A stretch of DNA of 64,000 nucleotides from an uncultured Peptococcaceae bacterium (GCA_964569265.1 CAZMTO010000004.1:5988-69987); one strand, 5' to 3'; positions 1 to 10,042 are shown, numbered from the stretch's first letter. Made by a program: numbers and translations. Notes: generated by a model from the letters alone, not told the origin.

Positions 1-1
1 A

Positions 2-520
2 GAAGGCAACAAGCTGTATCAGCCGGCGTTTGCCGGTAAAAATGCTGTATTTAACACGTCAGACGGTACTAATGTTTATGCCTGGCGGGTAGAGCTTGCC
101 AACCCCAGTGAGCCGCAGGTATCTTCTATGGTAGCAATACAGGATGTTGCCGATGCTTCGTCGATGCTGCAAAACACTACCCCCACCGTAGATGCCACCA
201 CCGTGGTAGAATCTCCGGATAAAACTATGCTGGCGCAAAACAGTGCCGACGGCATTTGGGTATCGCTGTTAGACGGTGATGTGTTTAAGCTGACGGTTGA
301 AGGCAGCGGCAAATTGCTGGCATGGTCACCGGATTCTTCTAAGCTGGTGTTTACCAACAACAACGGCGCCCTGTTTGTGGGCTACCCGTTAGAACGCCGC
401 ATTTATCAGTTGGCAGATGGCGGTGTAAAAGACGTTTGCTGGCACAGCAACAACAAAACACTGCTCTATATTACCGATAATGACGGAGCCGATGCTCTGT
501 ATATTATAGAAACCTACTGA
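2..520 (+). CDS. C-terminal part of a hypothetical secreted protein; the ORF is open from the window edge
   Basis: Frame 2 is open from position 2 and joins the listed 128..520 ORF; intrinsic terminator follows. Confidence 0.4.
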   Translation, partial: EGNKLYQPAFAGKNAVFNTSDGTNVYAWRVELANPSEPQVSSMVAIQDVADASSMLQNTTPTVDATTVVESPDKTMLAQNSADGIWVSLLDGDVFKLTVEGSGKLLAWSPDSSKLVFTNNNGALFVGYPLERRIYQLADGGVKDVCWHSNNKTLLYITDNDGADALYIIETY

Positions 521-549
521 TACCGTAAAATTACTTTAAAATTATTTAA

Positions 550-577
550 GCACCGGCATTGTGTCGGTGCTTTTTTT
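550..577 (+). terminator. Rho-independent terminator
   Basis: GCACCG-N9-CGGTGC hairpin followed by T7. Confidence 0.7.
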
Positions 578-665
578 GTAATATTTTGCCGACTAAACAC
601 CGATGGCGGCAGGGTTTTGCCGTTTTGCAGCGAATAGAAAACGCAAGAACACTTTAAGGAGAAAG

Positions 666-1979
666 ATGATGAAACTTAGCAAAAGGGAACTTTTAACCGT
701 AAGCTTTATGCTGTTTTCTCTGTTTTTTGGGGCCGGCAATTTAATATTCCCGCCGTTTTTGGGGCAAAATGCCGCCGCCGATACCCTGCCCGCCCTGCTG
801 GGCTTTTTAACCACCGCTGTGGTGCTGCCGGTGCTGGCAGTTATTGTAGTAGCCCAATTTGACGGGTTAGACAAGCTGGGCAGCCGCGTAGGCCCACACT
901 TTGCTATTGCCTTTACGGTAATAACCTATTTGGCACTGGGCCCCTGCCTTGCCATACCCCGTGCAGCATCGGTGCCGTTTGAAATGGCCATAGCGCCCTA
1001 CCTGCCCGAAGCTGCCAACACCACCGGCTGGATGATCGCATATTCTCTGGTGTTTTTTGTGCTGGCTGTTTGGCTGTGTATGAAGCCGGGCAAAATGGTT
1101 GACCTTTTGGGCAAGCTGCTTACGCCGTGCCTGCTGTTTTTGCTGGTGTTTATGTTTGCCGGCTTTTTGGTAAAGGGGCAGGTAAGCATTGCCGAAGCTC
1201 AGCCGGCTTACCAGAATATGCCGTTTTTAAAGGGCTTTACCGAAGGCTACAACACTATGGATACGCTGGCCGGGCTTAACTTTGGTCTGGTGGTGGCAAC
1301 ATCACTGGCGGCCCTTGGTTTTACCGAAAAACGTGCTAAAATAAAATACACTATGCAATCCGGTGTAATTGCCGGTGCTATTTTGGCGCTGGTGTACATT
1401 ATGCTTACCTATATGGGTATGGCAAGCTCCGGCGTATACCCCATACAGGAAAACGGCGCCTGGACCTTGCGCCATATTGTGTATCAGGTGTTTGGCACCC
1501 CCGGCGCAGTGCTGCTGGCTGCTATTTTTACGCTGGCCTGCCTTACCACCTGCGTAGGGCTTATAAATTCTATAGCGCAGTATTTTGCCACGCTTATAAA
1601 CCGGGTGTCGTATCACGGGTGGGTATTTATAATAACCGGGTTTTCCTTTGTTATTTGTAATATGGGGCTTACCACCATTTTAAGCTTTTCGGTACCGGTA
1701 TTAAACGCCATTTACCCAATGGCCATTGTGCTTATATTGCTGGGTTTAAGTGATAATTTGTGGCTGCACAACCGTTTTATATACCCGCTTATGATGGGCG
1801 GCATTGGTGTTGTAAGCATTGTATTTGCCCTTGATCAGGCAAAAATACCGCTGGATTTTCTCGGTCATATGACAAGAGAATTGCCGCTTTATGATATGGG
1901 CTTTGGCTGGCTGCCGGTGGCGATGGTTATGCTGCTGCTTAGCCTGCTGCTGGATTTTATTATACCAAAGCAACGTTAA
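666..1979 (+). CDS. brnQ: Branched-chain amino acid transport system II carrier (LIVCS family)
   Basis: N-terminus MKLSKRELLTVSFMLFSLFFGAGNLIFPP and a 12-TM hydrophobic profile typical of BrnQ; AAGGAG RBS; true start 666 or 669. Confidence 0.85.
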   Translation: MMKLSKRELLTVSFMLFSLFFGAGNLIFPPFLGQNAAADTLPALLGFLTTAVVLPVLAVIVVAQFDGLDKLGSRVGPHFAIAFTVITYLALGPCLAIPRAASVPFEMAIAPYLPEAANTTGWMIAYSLVFFVLAVWLCMKPGKMVDLLGKLLTPCLLFLLVFMFAGFLVKGQVSIAEAQPAYQNMPFLKGFTEGYNTMDTLAGLNFGLVVATSLAALGFTEKRAKIKYTMQSGVIAGAILALVYIMLTYMGMASSGVYPIQENGAWTLRHIVYQVFGTPGAVLLAAIFTLACLTTCVGLINSIAQYFATLINRVSYHGWVFIITGFSFVICNMGLTTILSFSVPVLNAIYPMAIVLILLGLSDNLWLHNRFIYPLMMGGIGVVSIVFALDQAKIPLDFLGHMTRELPLYDMGFGWLPVAMVMLLLSLLLDFIIPKQR

Positions 1980-2000
1980 TAATATTTTTACAGATTATTG

Positions 2001-2031
2001 GGAGCATAAGTAACATTATGCTCCTTTTTTT
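2001..2031 (+). terminator. Rho-independent terminator of brnQ
   Basis: GGAGCATAA-N6-TTATGCTCC hairpin plus T-tract. Confidence 0.75.
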
Positions 2032-2041
2032 ATAAAAATTT

Positions 2042-2067
2042 TGTAACAAAACGCCCCATACTTCGTC
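2042..2067 (+). promoter_or_regulatory. ECF-type promoter, probably autoregulated
   Basis: TGTAAC-N16-CGTC matches the SigW-like TGAAAC-N16-CGTA architecture; sits 25 nt before the sigma gene. Confidence 0.5.
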
Positions 2068-2092
2068 TAATAGATGAAAGGGAGGTGATGAT

Positions 2093-2572
2093 GTGTATGA
2101 CCTTGATTTTGACCGGGTTTATGCCGAATATTTTACCGAGGTCTATAAATTTGCGCTGACACTTTGCCAAAATGCCGATTTGGCCGAAGAAATAACGCAG
2201 GAAACCTTTTTTAAGGCGCTAAAAAATATAGATAACTTTAACGGCAACTGTCGCATTGGCAGTTGGTTATGTCAAATTGCCAAAAACACCTTTTATGATA
2301 CAGCCCGCCGCCACGGACACCAAACCACCTTTGACCCGGAGACCCTGATATCACCGGAAAATTTAGAGGAAAAGCTGACAGACAGCGACACGGCCATTAG
2401 CATACACAAAGCTTTGCACCGGCTAAAAGAGCCGTATAAAGAGGTTTTTTGGCTGCGCACCTTTGGCGAACTTAGCTTTGCCCAGATAAGCGCCCTGTTT
2501 GACAAAAGCGAAAGCTGGGCCAGGGTTACCTACCACCGCGCCAGACTACTTATAAAGGAGGAATTACAATGA
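2093..2572 (+). CDS. RNA polymerase ECF sigma factor (sigma-70 regions 2 and 4)
   Basis: GTG start 7 nt after GGAGG; ~160 aa with the sigma-24 FxxxY..L and region-4 HTH pattern; stop overlaps the next start (ATGA). Confidence 0.85.
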   Translation: MYDLDFDRVYAEYFTEVYKFALTLCQNADLAEEITQETFFKALKNIDNFNGNCRIGSWLCQIAKNTFYDTARRHGHQTTFDPETLISPENLEEKLTDSDTAISIHKALHRLKEPYKEVFWLRTFGELSFAQISALFDKSESWARVTYHRARLLIKEELQ

Positions 2573-3444
2573 AATATCCCTGCGGAATTATTAACGATCT
2601 TCTGCCGCTTTTTGTGGATGATGTGCTGAGTGATGAAAGCAAGCAGGCAGTGACCGAACACCTGACAGAATGTGATAGCTGCCGGGCTTTTTATGCCGCA
2701 CTTACGGCGCCCGGTGCCATAGCGGTAAACAACGTAAAAAAAGATGATAGTAATAGTGATATGGAGGATAAACAGATGAGTGAGAGCTTAAAAAAAGTAA
2801 AATTGCAGATAAATAAACGCCAGCGGCGCGTAATTGCCGCCGCATTGGCAGTGGTGGTGTTGGTGCTGGGCGGCTGGCACGTGTTGTTTAACCTGCCGAT
2901 AAAAACGCTTGACCCCGCCGAAGTGCAGGTTACCGCCGCCGTGTACCCGATGAGCCAAATTTATCACGGTGTATATGATACCGACCAAACCGACGGAACC
3001 GACGGTGCCGTGACCATATACCTTGACGAGGAGGATGCCAACAGCACCCCGGATGGCCCCGCAGTTAACATAGCAGCCGGCAGCGATGAAAACGGCGATA
3101 AGGTAGATGTGTCACTGAGACAAAACGGCACACAAGACGATGATGTTTGCTACCGGCTGGAAATACCCGCTATGCCGGACAGTGACGTTCTGATAAGCGA
3201 AGCAATGTATGATAAAAACGGCTATCTCAGCGTGGTATCGTTTACATCACGGCATACCCTGAACACCATACGCACCAACGTGACAGACGGCACAATGTAT
3301 ATAAGTGCCTTTAAAACCACCATTTTGGGTAATCGCTCCGAAGAATACAGCAAAACCGTAACCACGATGGAATTTTCAAAGATAGACAGAATTGTACTGC
3401 AAAATGATAACGGCATCGAAACCGTGCTGTGGGAAAACAAATAG
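2569..3444 (+). CDS. Anti-sigma factor: N-terminal zinc-finger-like domain, one TM helix, extracellular C-terminal domain
   Basis: Translationally coupled to the sigma gene; HLTECDSC motif; TM segment VIAAALAVVVLVLGGW; Asp/Thr-rich external domain. Confidence 0.6.
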   Translation: MKYPCGIINDLLPLFVDDVLSDESKQAVTEHLTECDSCRAFYAALTAPGAIAVNNVKKDDSNSDMEDKQMSESLKKVKLQINKRQRRVIAAALAVVVLVLGGWHVLFNLPIKTLDPAEVQVTAAVYPMSQIYHGVYDTDQTDGTDGAVTIYLDEEDANSTPDGPAVNIAAGSDENGDKVDVSLRQNGTQDDDVCYRLEIPAMPDSDVLISEAMYDKNGYLSVVSFTSRHTLNTIRTNVTDGTMYISAFKTTILGNRSEEYSKTVTTMEFSKIDRIVLQNDNGIETVLWENK

Positions 3445-3484
3445 CACCATAAATTTTATAAGAAGCAAGCCTTTTTAGCGGGGC

Positions 3485-3790
3485 TTGCTTTTTTTGCAGG
3501 ATTTTGCCTCTGCCACCCACCGCCCTACATATGCCATGCGGCGCGGTTTTTTTAGCTTTTTAAGAAATTTTCAATCAAGGCTGAATAGACGATTATCTAT
3601 TCCCACCCACCGCCCTATATACGCCCTGCGGCGCGGCTTTTGTAGCGAGAATCACCCAAAGTCAAGGAATTGCAAGAGTGGTGCAGATACGCGAAGTCAG
3701 GCGACGAGTCGATTTAGGCGTACTTAATGTACGCCGACAAGCGAAAAATTATATGACACCGCAGATGCGCCGCTATTGTCAATTCCGGTA
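3485..3790. repeat. Composite dispersed repeat element, copy 1; second copy at 35835..36360
   Basis: Shares these modules with the uvrA-uvrB spacer: CCCRCCCACCGCCCTAYATACGCCNTGCGGCGCGGCTTTT (twice), TTTCAATCAAGGCTGAATAGACG, CACCCAAAGTCAAGGAATTGCAAGAGTGGT, a GGCGTAC-N5-GTACGCC hairpin followed by GACAAG, and GCCGCTATTGTCAATTCCG. Confidence 0.7.
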
Positions 3791-3897
3791 TATTTTTTCA
3801 GGTTAACATCACATTCCAATCAAACCACCCACAAAAACCCCTGCTACAATAAAAATCATAAAAATGGCTTTACAAACTATAAACCAAGGAGGATGCA

Positions 3898-5544
3898 ATG
3901 GCAAAATTAAAGGAACTTTTACAAAAACCGCTGGCCTTTTGGCAAAACGGCAGCAAAAAACGTCGCGTGGCTATAGTTTTGGCGGCCGTGCTGGCAGTAG
4001 TGGTGGCCGGCAAGGCTTTGGGCACCGGCAACAACGGCAAGCAGCAAACGCCCGACTATATTTATCAGACGGTGGAGCGGCACAACATAGTATCCACATT
4101 AGAGGGTACCGGCACTATTGAACCGTTAGATTCTTATACCGTTATTGCCACCGTAAACGGCGAGGTTTTAAGCGCCCCATTTGAAGAAGGCGATGTTATT
4201 GAAGAAGGTGCCCTGCTGTATCAAATTGATACCACCAAGGCGCAAAACAGCTATAACCAAAGCCAGCTTAATTTGCAAACTGCTGCCGACGAATTGGCCA
4301 AGCTTACCGTTACAGCCCCCAAGGACGGGCAGATAATTGATATAGACTGCGAAGTTGGTGATGATGTTAACCCCGGCGGCACCATTATTACGCTTGAGGA
4401 CAGAGCTACCCTGCTGTTAGAGCTGCCGTTTTTAAGCACCGAAGCTGCGGCCTTTAGCACCGGGCAGGCTGCCACCGTTACTATAACAGCCACCGGCGAA
4501 CAGTTAAACGGCAAGGTAACCGAGGTTTCGGCGGTTACACAGGTGGGCACCGGCGGCACGCTAACCCGCAACGTTACCATAGCCGTAAGCAACCCCGGTG
4601 CCCTAACCGAAGGCACCGTCGCCGGTGCTGCTATCGGCAGTTGTTCTTGTGCGGGCACCGGCACCTTTAAATATCAGGCCAGCGAACAAATTACCGCCGA
4701 AGTAAACGGCACCGTAAGCAATATAGCTGTTAAAGAGGGCGACACCGTAAAGGCCGGGCAAACCCTGCTCACCTTAAAATCCAACAGCGTGCAAAACAGC
4801 TACAAAAACGCCCAGATAAACCTGCAAAACGCTCAGGAGGATTTGGATAAATACACCATTACCAGCCCTATTAAAGGTACCGTTATCGACAAAAATTTTA
4901 AGGCCGGTGACGAGATAGAATCCAGCAATGCCGCCAGCCAAATGGCCGTTATCTTTGACCTTTCTCAGTTAGAATTTACTATGAACATTGACGAGCTGGA
5001 CATTACCAAAATATCGGTGGGGCAAAAGGTTACCGTTACCGCCGATGCCTTGGAAGGGCAGACCTTTGAAGGCGAGGTAAGCAAAATAAGCATTAACGGC
5101 ACAACATCGGGCGGCGTTACCACCTACCCCATTACCGTAAGCATAAACGAAGGCGGCGACCTGCTGCCCGGTATGAACATTAACGCTACCATTACCATTG
5201 CCGAAGCTGCCGACGTTTTGGCGGTGCCGGCAGCAGCACTGGCCCGCGGCAACCGCGTTATGGTAAAGGCCGCTGCCGATGACACTGCCGAAGCCGACCC
5301 CACCCTGCCCAAGGGCTACGTTTGGCGCAATGTAGAAATTGGCGTTAACGATAATGATTTTGTTGAAATTACCGATGGCCTTGCCGAAGGTGATGAAATT
5401 GCCATAAGCAGCACATCTATGCAGCAGGGCAGCGGTTCGTCTGACGATATGATGATGCCCGGCGGCGGTATGCCCGGCGGTATGGGTGGCGGTATGCCCG
5501 GTGGCGGCGGTATGCCCGGCGGTGGCGGCGGCGGCCACAGATAG
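3898..5544 (+). CDS. HlyD/MacA-family periplasmic adaptor of a tripartite ABC efflux system; Gly/Met/Pro-rich C-terminal tail
   Basis: N-terminal TM anchor, biotinyl-lipoyl-like and beta-barrel segments; lies directly upstream of the MacB-type ATPase and FtsX permease. Confidence 0.7.
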   Translation: MAKLKELLQKPLAFWQNGSKKRRVAIVLAAVLAVVVAGKALGTGNNGKQQTPDYIYQTVERHNIVSTLEGTGTIEPLDSYTVIATVNGEVLSAPFEEGDVIEEGALLYQIDTTKAQNSYNQSQLNLQTAADELAKLTVTAPKDGQIIDIDCEVGDDVNPGGTIITLEDRATLLLELPFLSTEAAAFSTGQAATVTITATGEQLNGKVTEVSAVTQVGTGGTLTRNVTIAVSNPGALTEGTVAGAAIGSCSCAGTGTFKYQASEQITAEVNGTVSNIAVKEGDTVKAGQTLLTLKSNSVQNSYKNAQINLQNAQEDLDKYTITSPIKGTVIDKNFKAGDEIESSNAASQMAVIFDLSQLEFTMNIDELDITKISVGQKVTVTADALEGQTFEGEVSKISINGTTSGGVTTYPITVSINEGGDLLPGMNINATITIAEAADVLAVPAAALARGNRVMVKAAADDTAEADPTLPKGYVWRNVEIGVNDNDFVEITDGLAEGDEIAISSTSMQQGSGSSDDMMMPGGGMPGGMGGGMPGGGGMPGGGGGGHR

Positions 5545-5560
5545 AAACGAGGTGCGCTTT

Positions 5561-6304
5561 ATGAACAACCCCCCAGTGCAGCCTATAATTAAGCTGCAAA
5601 ATATTTACAAAACCTATAAAATGGGCGATACCACCTTAAACGCCTTAGACGGCATAAGCTTTAAAATTTACCCCGGCGAATTTGTAGCTATTGTGGGGCA
5701 GTCCGGCAGCGGCAAATCTACCTGTATGAATATTATCGGCTGCCTGGATGTTCCGACATCGGGCACCTACCATTTGCAGGGCACCGATGTTTCGACAATG
5801 AAGGACGATGAGCAGGCAAAAATACGCAATGTGTATCTGGGCTTTATTTTTCAGCAATACAACCTTATACCTAAGCTTAATCTGGTAGAAAACGTTGAGC
5901 TGCCCCTGCTTTATGCCGGTGTGCCGCAGGCCGAACGTCACCAAAGGGCGCTTAAATATCTGGCCAAGGTTGGGCTGGCCGAAAAAGCACAGAACCTGCC
6001 CAATCAGCTTTCCGGCGGGCAGCAGCAGCGAGTTTCGATAGCCCGCGCCCTGGCCGGAGAGCCGCAGGTTATTTTGGCCGATGAACCTACCGGCGCTTTA
6101 GATTCTAAAACCGGGCGCGAAGTGCTGGGCTTTTTGCAAAGCCTGCACAAAGAGGGCGCAACTATCGTGCTTATTACCCACGATAATTCTATTGCGCGGC
6201 AGGCACAGCGCATTATACGTCTGGCCGACGGCAAAATTATTTACGACGGTGCGGCCGACGCCCCCGAAGCAGTTGTAAACCCCGAGGAGGTAACAGCAGG
6301 CTAA
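5561..6304 (+). CDS. ABC transporter ATP-binding protein (MacB/FtsE-like)
   Basis: Walker A GQSGSGKST, ABC signature LSGGQQQRVSIARAL, Walker B ILADEPTGALD. Confidence 0.9.
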   Translation: MNNPPVQPIIKLQNIYKTYKMGDTTLNALDGISFKIYPGEFVAIVGQSGSGKSTCMNIIGCLDVPTSGTYHLQGTDVSTMKDDEQAKIRNVYLGFIFQQYNLIPKLNLVENVELPLLYAGVPQAERHQRALKYLAKVGLAEKAQNLPNQLSGGQQQRVSIARALAGEPQVILADEPTGALDSKTGREVLGFLQSLHKEGATIVLITHDNSIARQAQRIIRLADGKIIYDGAADAPEAVVNPEEVTAG

Positions 6305-7482
6305 TGGATATAAAGCAATCTTTTAAAATGGCCTATAAAAGCCTTATGGGCAGCAAGCTGCGCTCTCTGCTTACTATGCTGGGCATTATTATCGGTGTGG
6401 CGGCAGTTATTGCCATTATGTCTATAGGCACCGGTATGACCAATATGGTGAGCGAATCTTTTAGCGATTTGGGCGCTAACCTTATAAACGTTAATGTTAT
6501 GGGCCGCGGCAGCACCCGTACCGTAGAGCCGGACGATATGTATGCTCTGGCCGAAGCAAACCCCGAACTTTTTACCGCCGTAAGCCCCACGGTATCGGTT
6601 ATGGGCACGGTAAAATGCAGCGGCGAAGAGCTTGACTATACATCGGTTTTGGGTGTAAGTGAAGATTACAACCGCGTAAAAACCAACATCAATATGGCAC
6701 AGGGGCGGTTTTTGCAGTATATTGATATGCAGGCCGAAGCCAAGGTTTGTGTGGTGGGCAGCTACATTGCCAACACCGTTATGGGCGGCCGGGCACTTGA
6801 TAGCAAAATTAAAATAAACGGCCAGGATTACACCGTTGTCGGTGTGTTAGAGGAGATATCCGACAGTGACGAAGGCAGCGACGATGATACCGTTTTGCTG
6901 CCCTACACCACCGCCGGCAAAATAGGCCGGAGCGCCTTTGTAAGCGGCTACACCTTTTGTGCCGCCGACGAAAGCAAGTCTGACGAAGCTGTTGCGGCCA
7001 TTGAAGGCTACCTTTACAGCGTGTTTAGCAACGATGATTATTACACCGTTACCAATATGAGCGATATGCTGGATTCGATAACCGAAATGCAGGATACCAT
7101 TGTGCTGGTGTTAGCTGCCATTGCCGCAATATCTTTGGTGGTGGGCGGCATTGGCATTATGAACATTATGCTGGTATCGGTTACCGAACGTACACGAGAA
7201 ATTGGCATACGCAAGGCTTTAGGGGCACGCCGCCGTGATATTCGCGTGCAGTTTCTTATTGAATCGGGCTGCACCAGTGCGGTAGGCGGCGTTATAGGCA
7301 TTGTTTTGGGCACTGCCCTTGGCTACGCCGTTGGCCCTATGCTGGGGCTTACCATAACCCCGCCGTATTCGGCCATTGTGCTGGCCTTTAGTGTTTCGGT
7401 GGGCATTGGCGTAATATTCGGTTATCTGCCGGCTAACAAGGCAGCCGGCCTAAACCCCATAGATGCCCTGCGCTACGACTGA
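6304..7482 (+). CDS. ABC transporter permease, FtsX/MacB family
   Basis: N-terminal TM helix, large extracytoplasmic domain, three C-terminal TM helices; TAATG overlap with the ATPase gene. Confidence 0.8.
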   Translation: MDIKQSFKMAYKSLMGSKLRSLLTMLGIIIGVAAVIAIMSIGTGMTNMVSESFSDLGANLINVNVMGRGSTRTVEPDDMYALAEANPELFTAVSPTVSVMGTVKCSGEELDYTSVLGVSEDYNRVKTNINMAQGRFLQYIDMQAEAKVCVVGSYIANTVMGGRALDSKIKINGQDYTVVGVLEEISDSDEGSDDDTVLLPYTTAGKIGRSAFVSGYTFCAADESKSDEAVAAIEGYLYSVFSNDDYYTVTNMSDMLDSITEMQDTIVLVLAAIAAISLVVGGIGIMNIMLVSVTERTREIGIRKALGARRRDIRVQFLIESGCTSAVGGVIGIVLGTALGYAVGPMLGLTITPPYSAIVLAFSVSVGIGVIFGYLPANKAAGLNPIDALRYD

Positions 7483-7520
7483 TAATATACCCAATATAAC
7501 AATATATAAGGAGCAAAACT

Positions 7521-9404
7521 ATGACCATACAAAAATACCGCAGCTTTATATTAAGCGCTGCCATAGCAATGGCGCTGCTGCTGGGGCTTTGTGCCACCCC
7601 GGCCCGCGCCGACAGCACATCGCTGAACGAAACCGGCATATTAAACACCCTTGCCGCGCTGGAAGTTATGACCGGTGATACCGCCGGCAACCTTAATTTG
7701 GGCAGCCCGGTTACCCGCGCCGAATTTACCAAAATGGTGGTAGCGGCCAGCACTGCCAAAGATGGTGCCGCCCAAAAAACCTTTTCTCCCTACAGCGACG
7801 TTACCAACAGCCACTGGGCAGCCGGTTATATAAAAACCGCCCGCGACCTTGGCCTGATAAACGGCTATTTAGACGGTACCTTTAGGCCCAACAACAACGT
7901 TACCCTGGCCGAAGCCGTAACTATTTGCCTTAAAAATTTGGGCTACACCGACAGTGACTTTACCGCCGGCTACCCACAGGCACAAATAAGCCTGTATTAT
8001 CAGCTTAATTTAAACGACGGCCTAAGCGCCACCGCCGAAGATAAGCTTACGCGCCGCCAATGTGCCTACCTTATATATAATATGCTAAACGCCAAAACCA
8101 AGGGCGGGCAGGCACTGGCCCAACAGCTTGGCTACCAGCTTGACGCATCGGGCAAGTTAGATTACCTTGCACTGCTTAACGACAAATTATCCGGCCCGTA
8201 TATTGTAAGCGGCAGTAATTGGCAAAGCAGCCTTGGCTTTACCCCCACCACCTGCTACCGCAACGATGCTCTTAGCAGTGTATCGGCTATATCCACCAAC
8301 GATGTTATTTATTATTCGGCCGGGATGAAAACCGTTTGGGCGTATAACAAGCAAAAAAGCGGCACCTACGAAGCCGCCAGCCCCAGCCGCAGCAATCCGG
8401 AAGCCATAACACTTTCCGGCGTAAGCTATCAGGTGGGCAGCTCTGATGCCGCCTACCAGTTATCCGCAATGGGCGGCTACCGGTTAGGAGAAGTAATAAC
8501 CGTGCTGTTAGGCCGCGATGATGCCATATGCGGGGTAATAAGCACCACTGCCGCCACCACCAACAGCGAGGTTGTCGGCATAATAAGCGACAGCGGCAGC
8601 AAAAGCTACACCAACAGCAGCGGCGCCAGCTATAACGCCGACTACATTAAGGTAATTGCCACCGACGGCGCCACCTACGATTTTCAGTATAAGGGCGGCA
8701 CTATAGGTTCGGTGGTAAAAGTAAAGCAAAGCAGCGGCAAAACCACCATAAGCAAAGCAACAGCAGGCAACCTCAGCGGCACGGTAAACAGCGCCGCCAC
8801 CAAGCTGGGCAATTATACGCTTACCGATGCCACCGAAATTCTGGATATTTATTCATCTACCGACGGCGTAAACCACACGGTTACCGGCAAAACCCTGCAC
8901 AAAAGCCGTTTGGCAGGGGCCAAGCTTGCCACCGGCGATGTGCTTTACTACGAGCTTGACGGCAGCACCGTTACCAAGCTTATCCTTAACGATTATTCCG
9001 GCGATTTATATTCTTACGCTTTAATGCGCGAGGTGACCGAAACCAGCACCGGCGGCAATTACACCTATATTAAAGACGGCAGCGAGCAAAGGCTTAACAG
9101 TGCCGATACCGCCTACCATGTAGATAAAGGCGCGGTAGCAATGCTTAATGTTAACGGCAGCCTTGTTAAAATGAAGAACCTTAGCAGCGTACTGCTTACC
9201 TCTCTTGATACCGCTACGGCAACATCAGCCGACAAAAACTGGCAATTAGCCGCCGATGTTCAGGTGTACGAATACCGTAACAACGATTACTATTTGTCGT
9301 CGGTAAGCCTGATAAGCGCCACAACCCACACCCTGCGCGCCTACTACGATGACCTGCCAACCAACGGCGGCCGCCTGCGCATTATTGTGGCCACCCCCAA
9401 ATAA
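7521..9404 (+). CDS. Cell-surface protein with three N-terminal S-layer homology (SLH) domains
   Basis: Signal peptide, then three repeats of the F.D...HWA..YI..A...GLI.GY.DGTFRP....T.AE pattern. Confidence 0.8.
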   Translation: MTIQKYRSFILSAAIAMALLLGLCATPARADSTSLNETGILNTLAALEVMTGDTAGNLNLGSPVTRAEFTKMVVAASTAKDGAAQKTFSPYSDVTNSHWAAGYIKTARDLGLINGYLDGTFRPNNNVTLAEAVTICLKNLGYTDSDFTAGYPQAQISLYYQLNLNDGLSATAEDKLTRRQCAYLIYNMLNAKTKGGQALAQQLGYQLDASGKLDYLALLNDKLSGPYIVSGSNWQSSLGFTPTTCYRNDALSSVSAISTNDVIYYSAGMKTVWAYNKQKSGTYEAASPSRSNPEAITLSGVSYQVGSSDAAYQLSAMGGYRLGEVITVLLGRDDAICGVISTTAATTNSEVVGIISDSGSKSYTNSSGASYNADYIKVIATDGATYDFQYKGGTIGSVVKVKQSSGKTTISKATAGNLSGTVNSAATKLGNYTLTDATEILDIYSSTDGVNHTVTGKTLHKSRLAGAKLATGDVLYYELDGSTVTKLILNDYSGDLYSYALMREVTETSTGGNYTYIKDGSEQRLNSADTAYHVDKGAVAMLNVNGSLVKMKNLSSVLLTSLDTATATSADKNWQLAADVQVYEYRNNDYYLSSVSLISATTHTLRAYYDDLPTNGGRLRIIVATPK

Positions 9405-9417
9405 GCCGCTTTGGCCA

Positions 9418-9457
9418 ACAGACGGTGCATTTTACCTGCGCACCGTCTGTTTTTTTT
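9418..9457 (+). terminator. Rho-independent terminator
   Basis: ACAGACGGTGC-N9-GCACCGTCTGT hairpin plus T7. Confidence 0.8.
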
Positions 9458-9501
9458 GCAAAAAAAATTGGCCGCCAGCGCAAAAAAATTTGCCGTACCT
9501 A

Positions 9502-9530
9502 TTGACGAACACCAAAATTCGTGCTAATAT
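9502..9530 (+). promoter_or_regulatory. Sigma-70 promoter of tRNA-Leu
   Basis: TTGACG-N17-TAATAT, 12 nt upstream of the tRNA 5' end. Confidence 0.6.
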
Positions 9531-9542
9531 ATAAGGGTACCT

Positions 9543-9630
9543 GCGGATGTGGCGGAATTGGCAGACGCGCTAGATTCAGGTTCTAGTGAGCATTGAGTTC
9601 GTGGGGGTTCAAGTCCCTTCATCCGCACCA
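9543..9630 (+). tRNA. tRNA-Leu, anticodon CAG, long variable arm, encoded CCA
   Basis: Acceptor stem GCGGATG/CATCCGC; anticodon stem CTAGA/TCTAG with loop TTCAGGT; T-arm GGTTCAAGTCC; 88 nt. Confidence 0.85.
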
Positions 9631-9704
9631 TAAAAATAAAAAGTCGTCATTTATGGCGGCTTTTATTTTTTATACGCTTGGGAAGTTAAACAGCACCATA
9701 AAAA

Positions 9705-9734
9705 AGAGTTACCTATGGGGTAGCTCTTTTTTTG
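9705..9734 (+). terminator. Rho-independent terminator after tRNA-Leu
   Basis: AGAGTTACC-N5-GGTAGCTCT hairpin plus T7. Confidence 0.6.
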
Positions 9735-10042
9735 TGCCTGTAATAATTTATGCGGCACGCGGTCATTTGTCCTTGCTGCGCGCACACTTTAGGTCAACAA
9801 CCCTTCGCACTGCCGGCAAGCTTATTTTTATTTTTTTACCAAAGGTTTTGCCGTAATTTGCCCAAATTTTACCGTATCGCTTTTTGTCGATAAAAAATTG
9901 CCGCAAGCTTTAGGCACCGCCGGATATTTACACGTAATAAATGCGCTGTTTAGGCCATATATTTGCTCAAACGGCCAAAAACAAGGTTAAGTTCCATAAT
10001 GAATAAAATGTGTTTTTATGCAATAGTCTATCGCCATTCTAT

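Noticed and set aside
3485-3727. ORFs translated through the repeat elements (3485..3727, 35738..35953, 35911..36177)
   Set aside because: They are repeated DNA modules with hairpins. The peptides are Arg/Pro-rich nonsense without start context.
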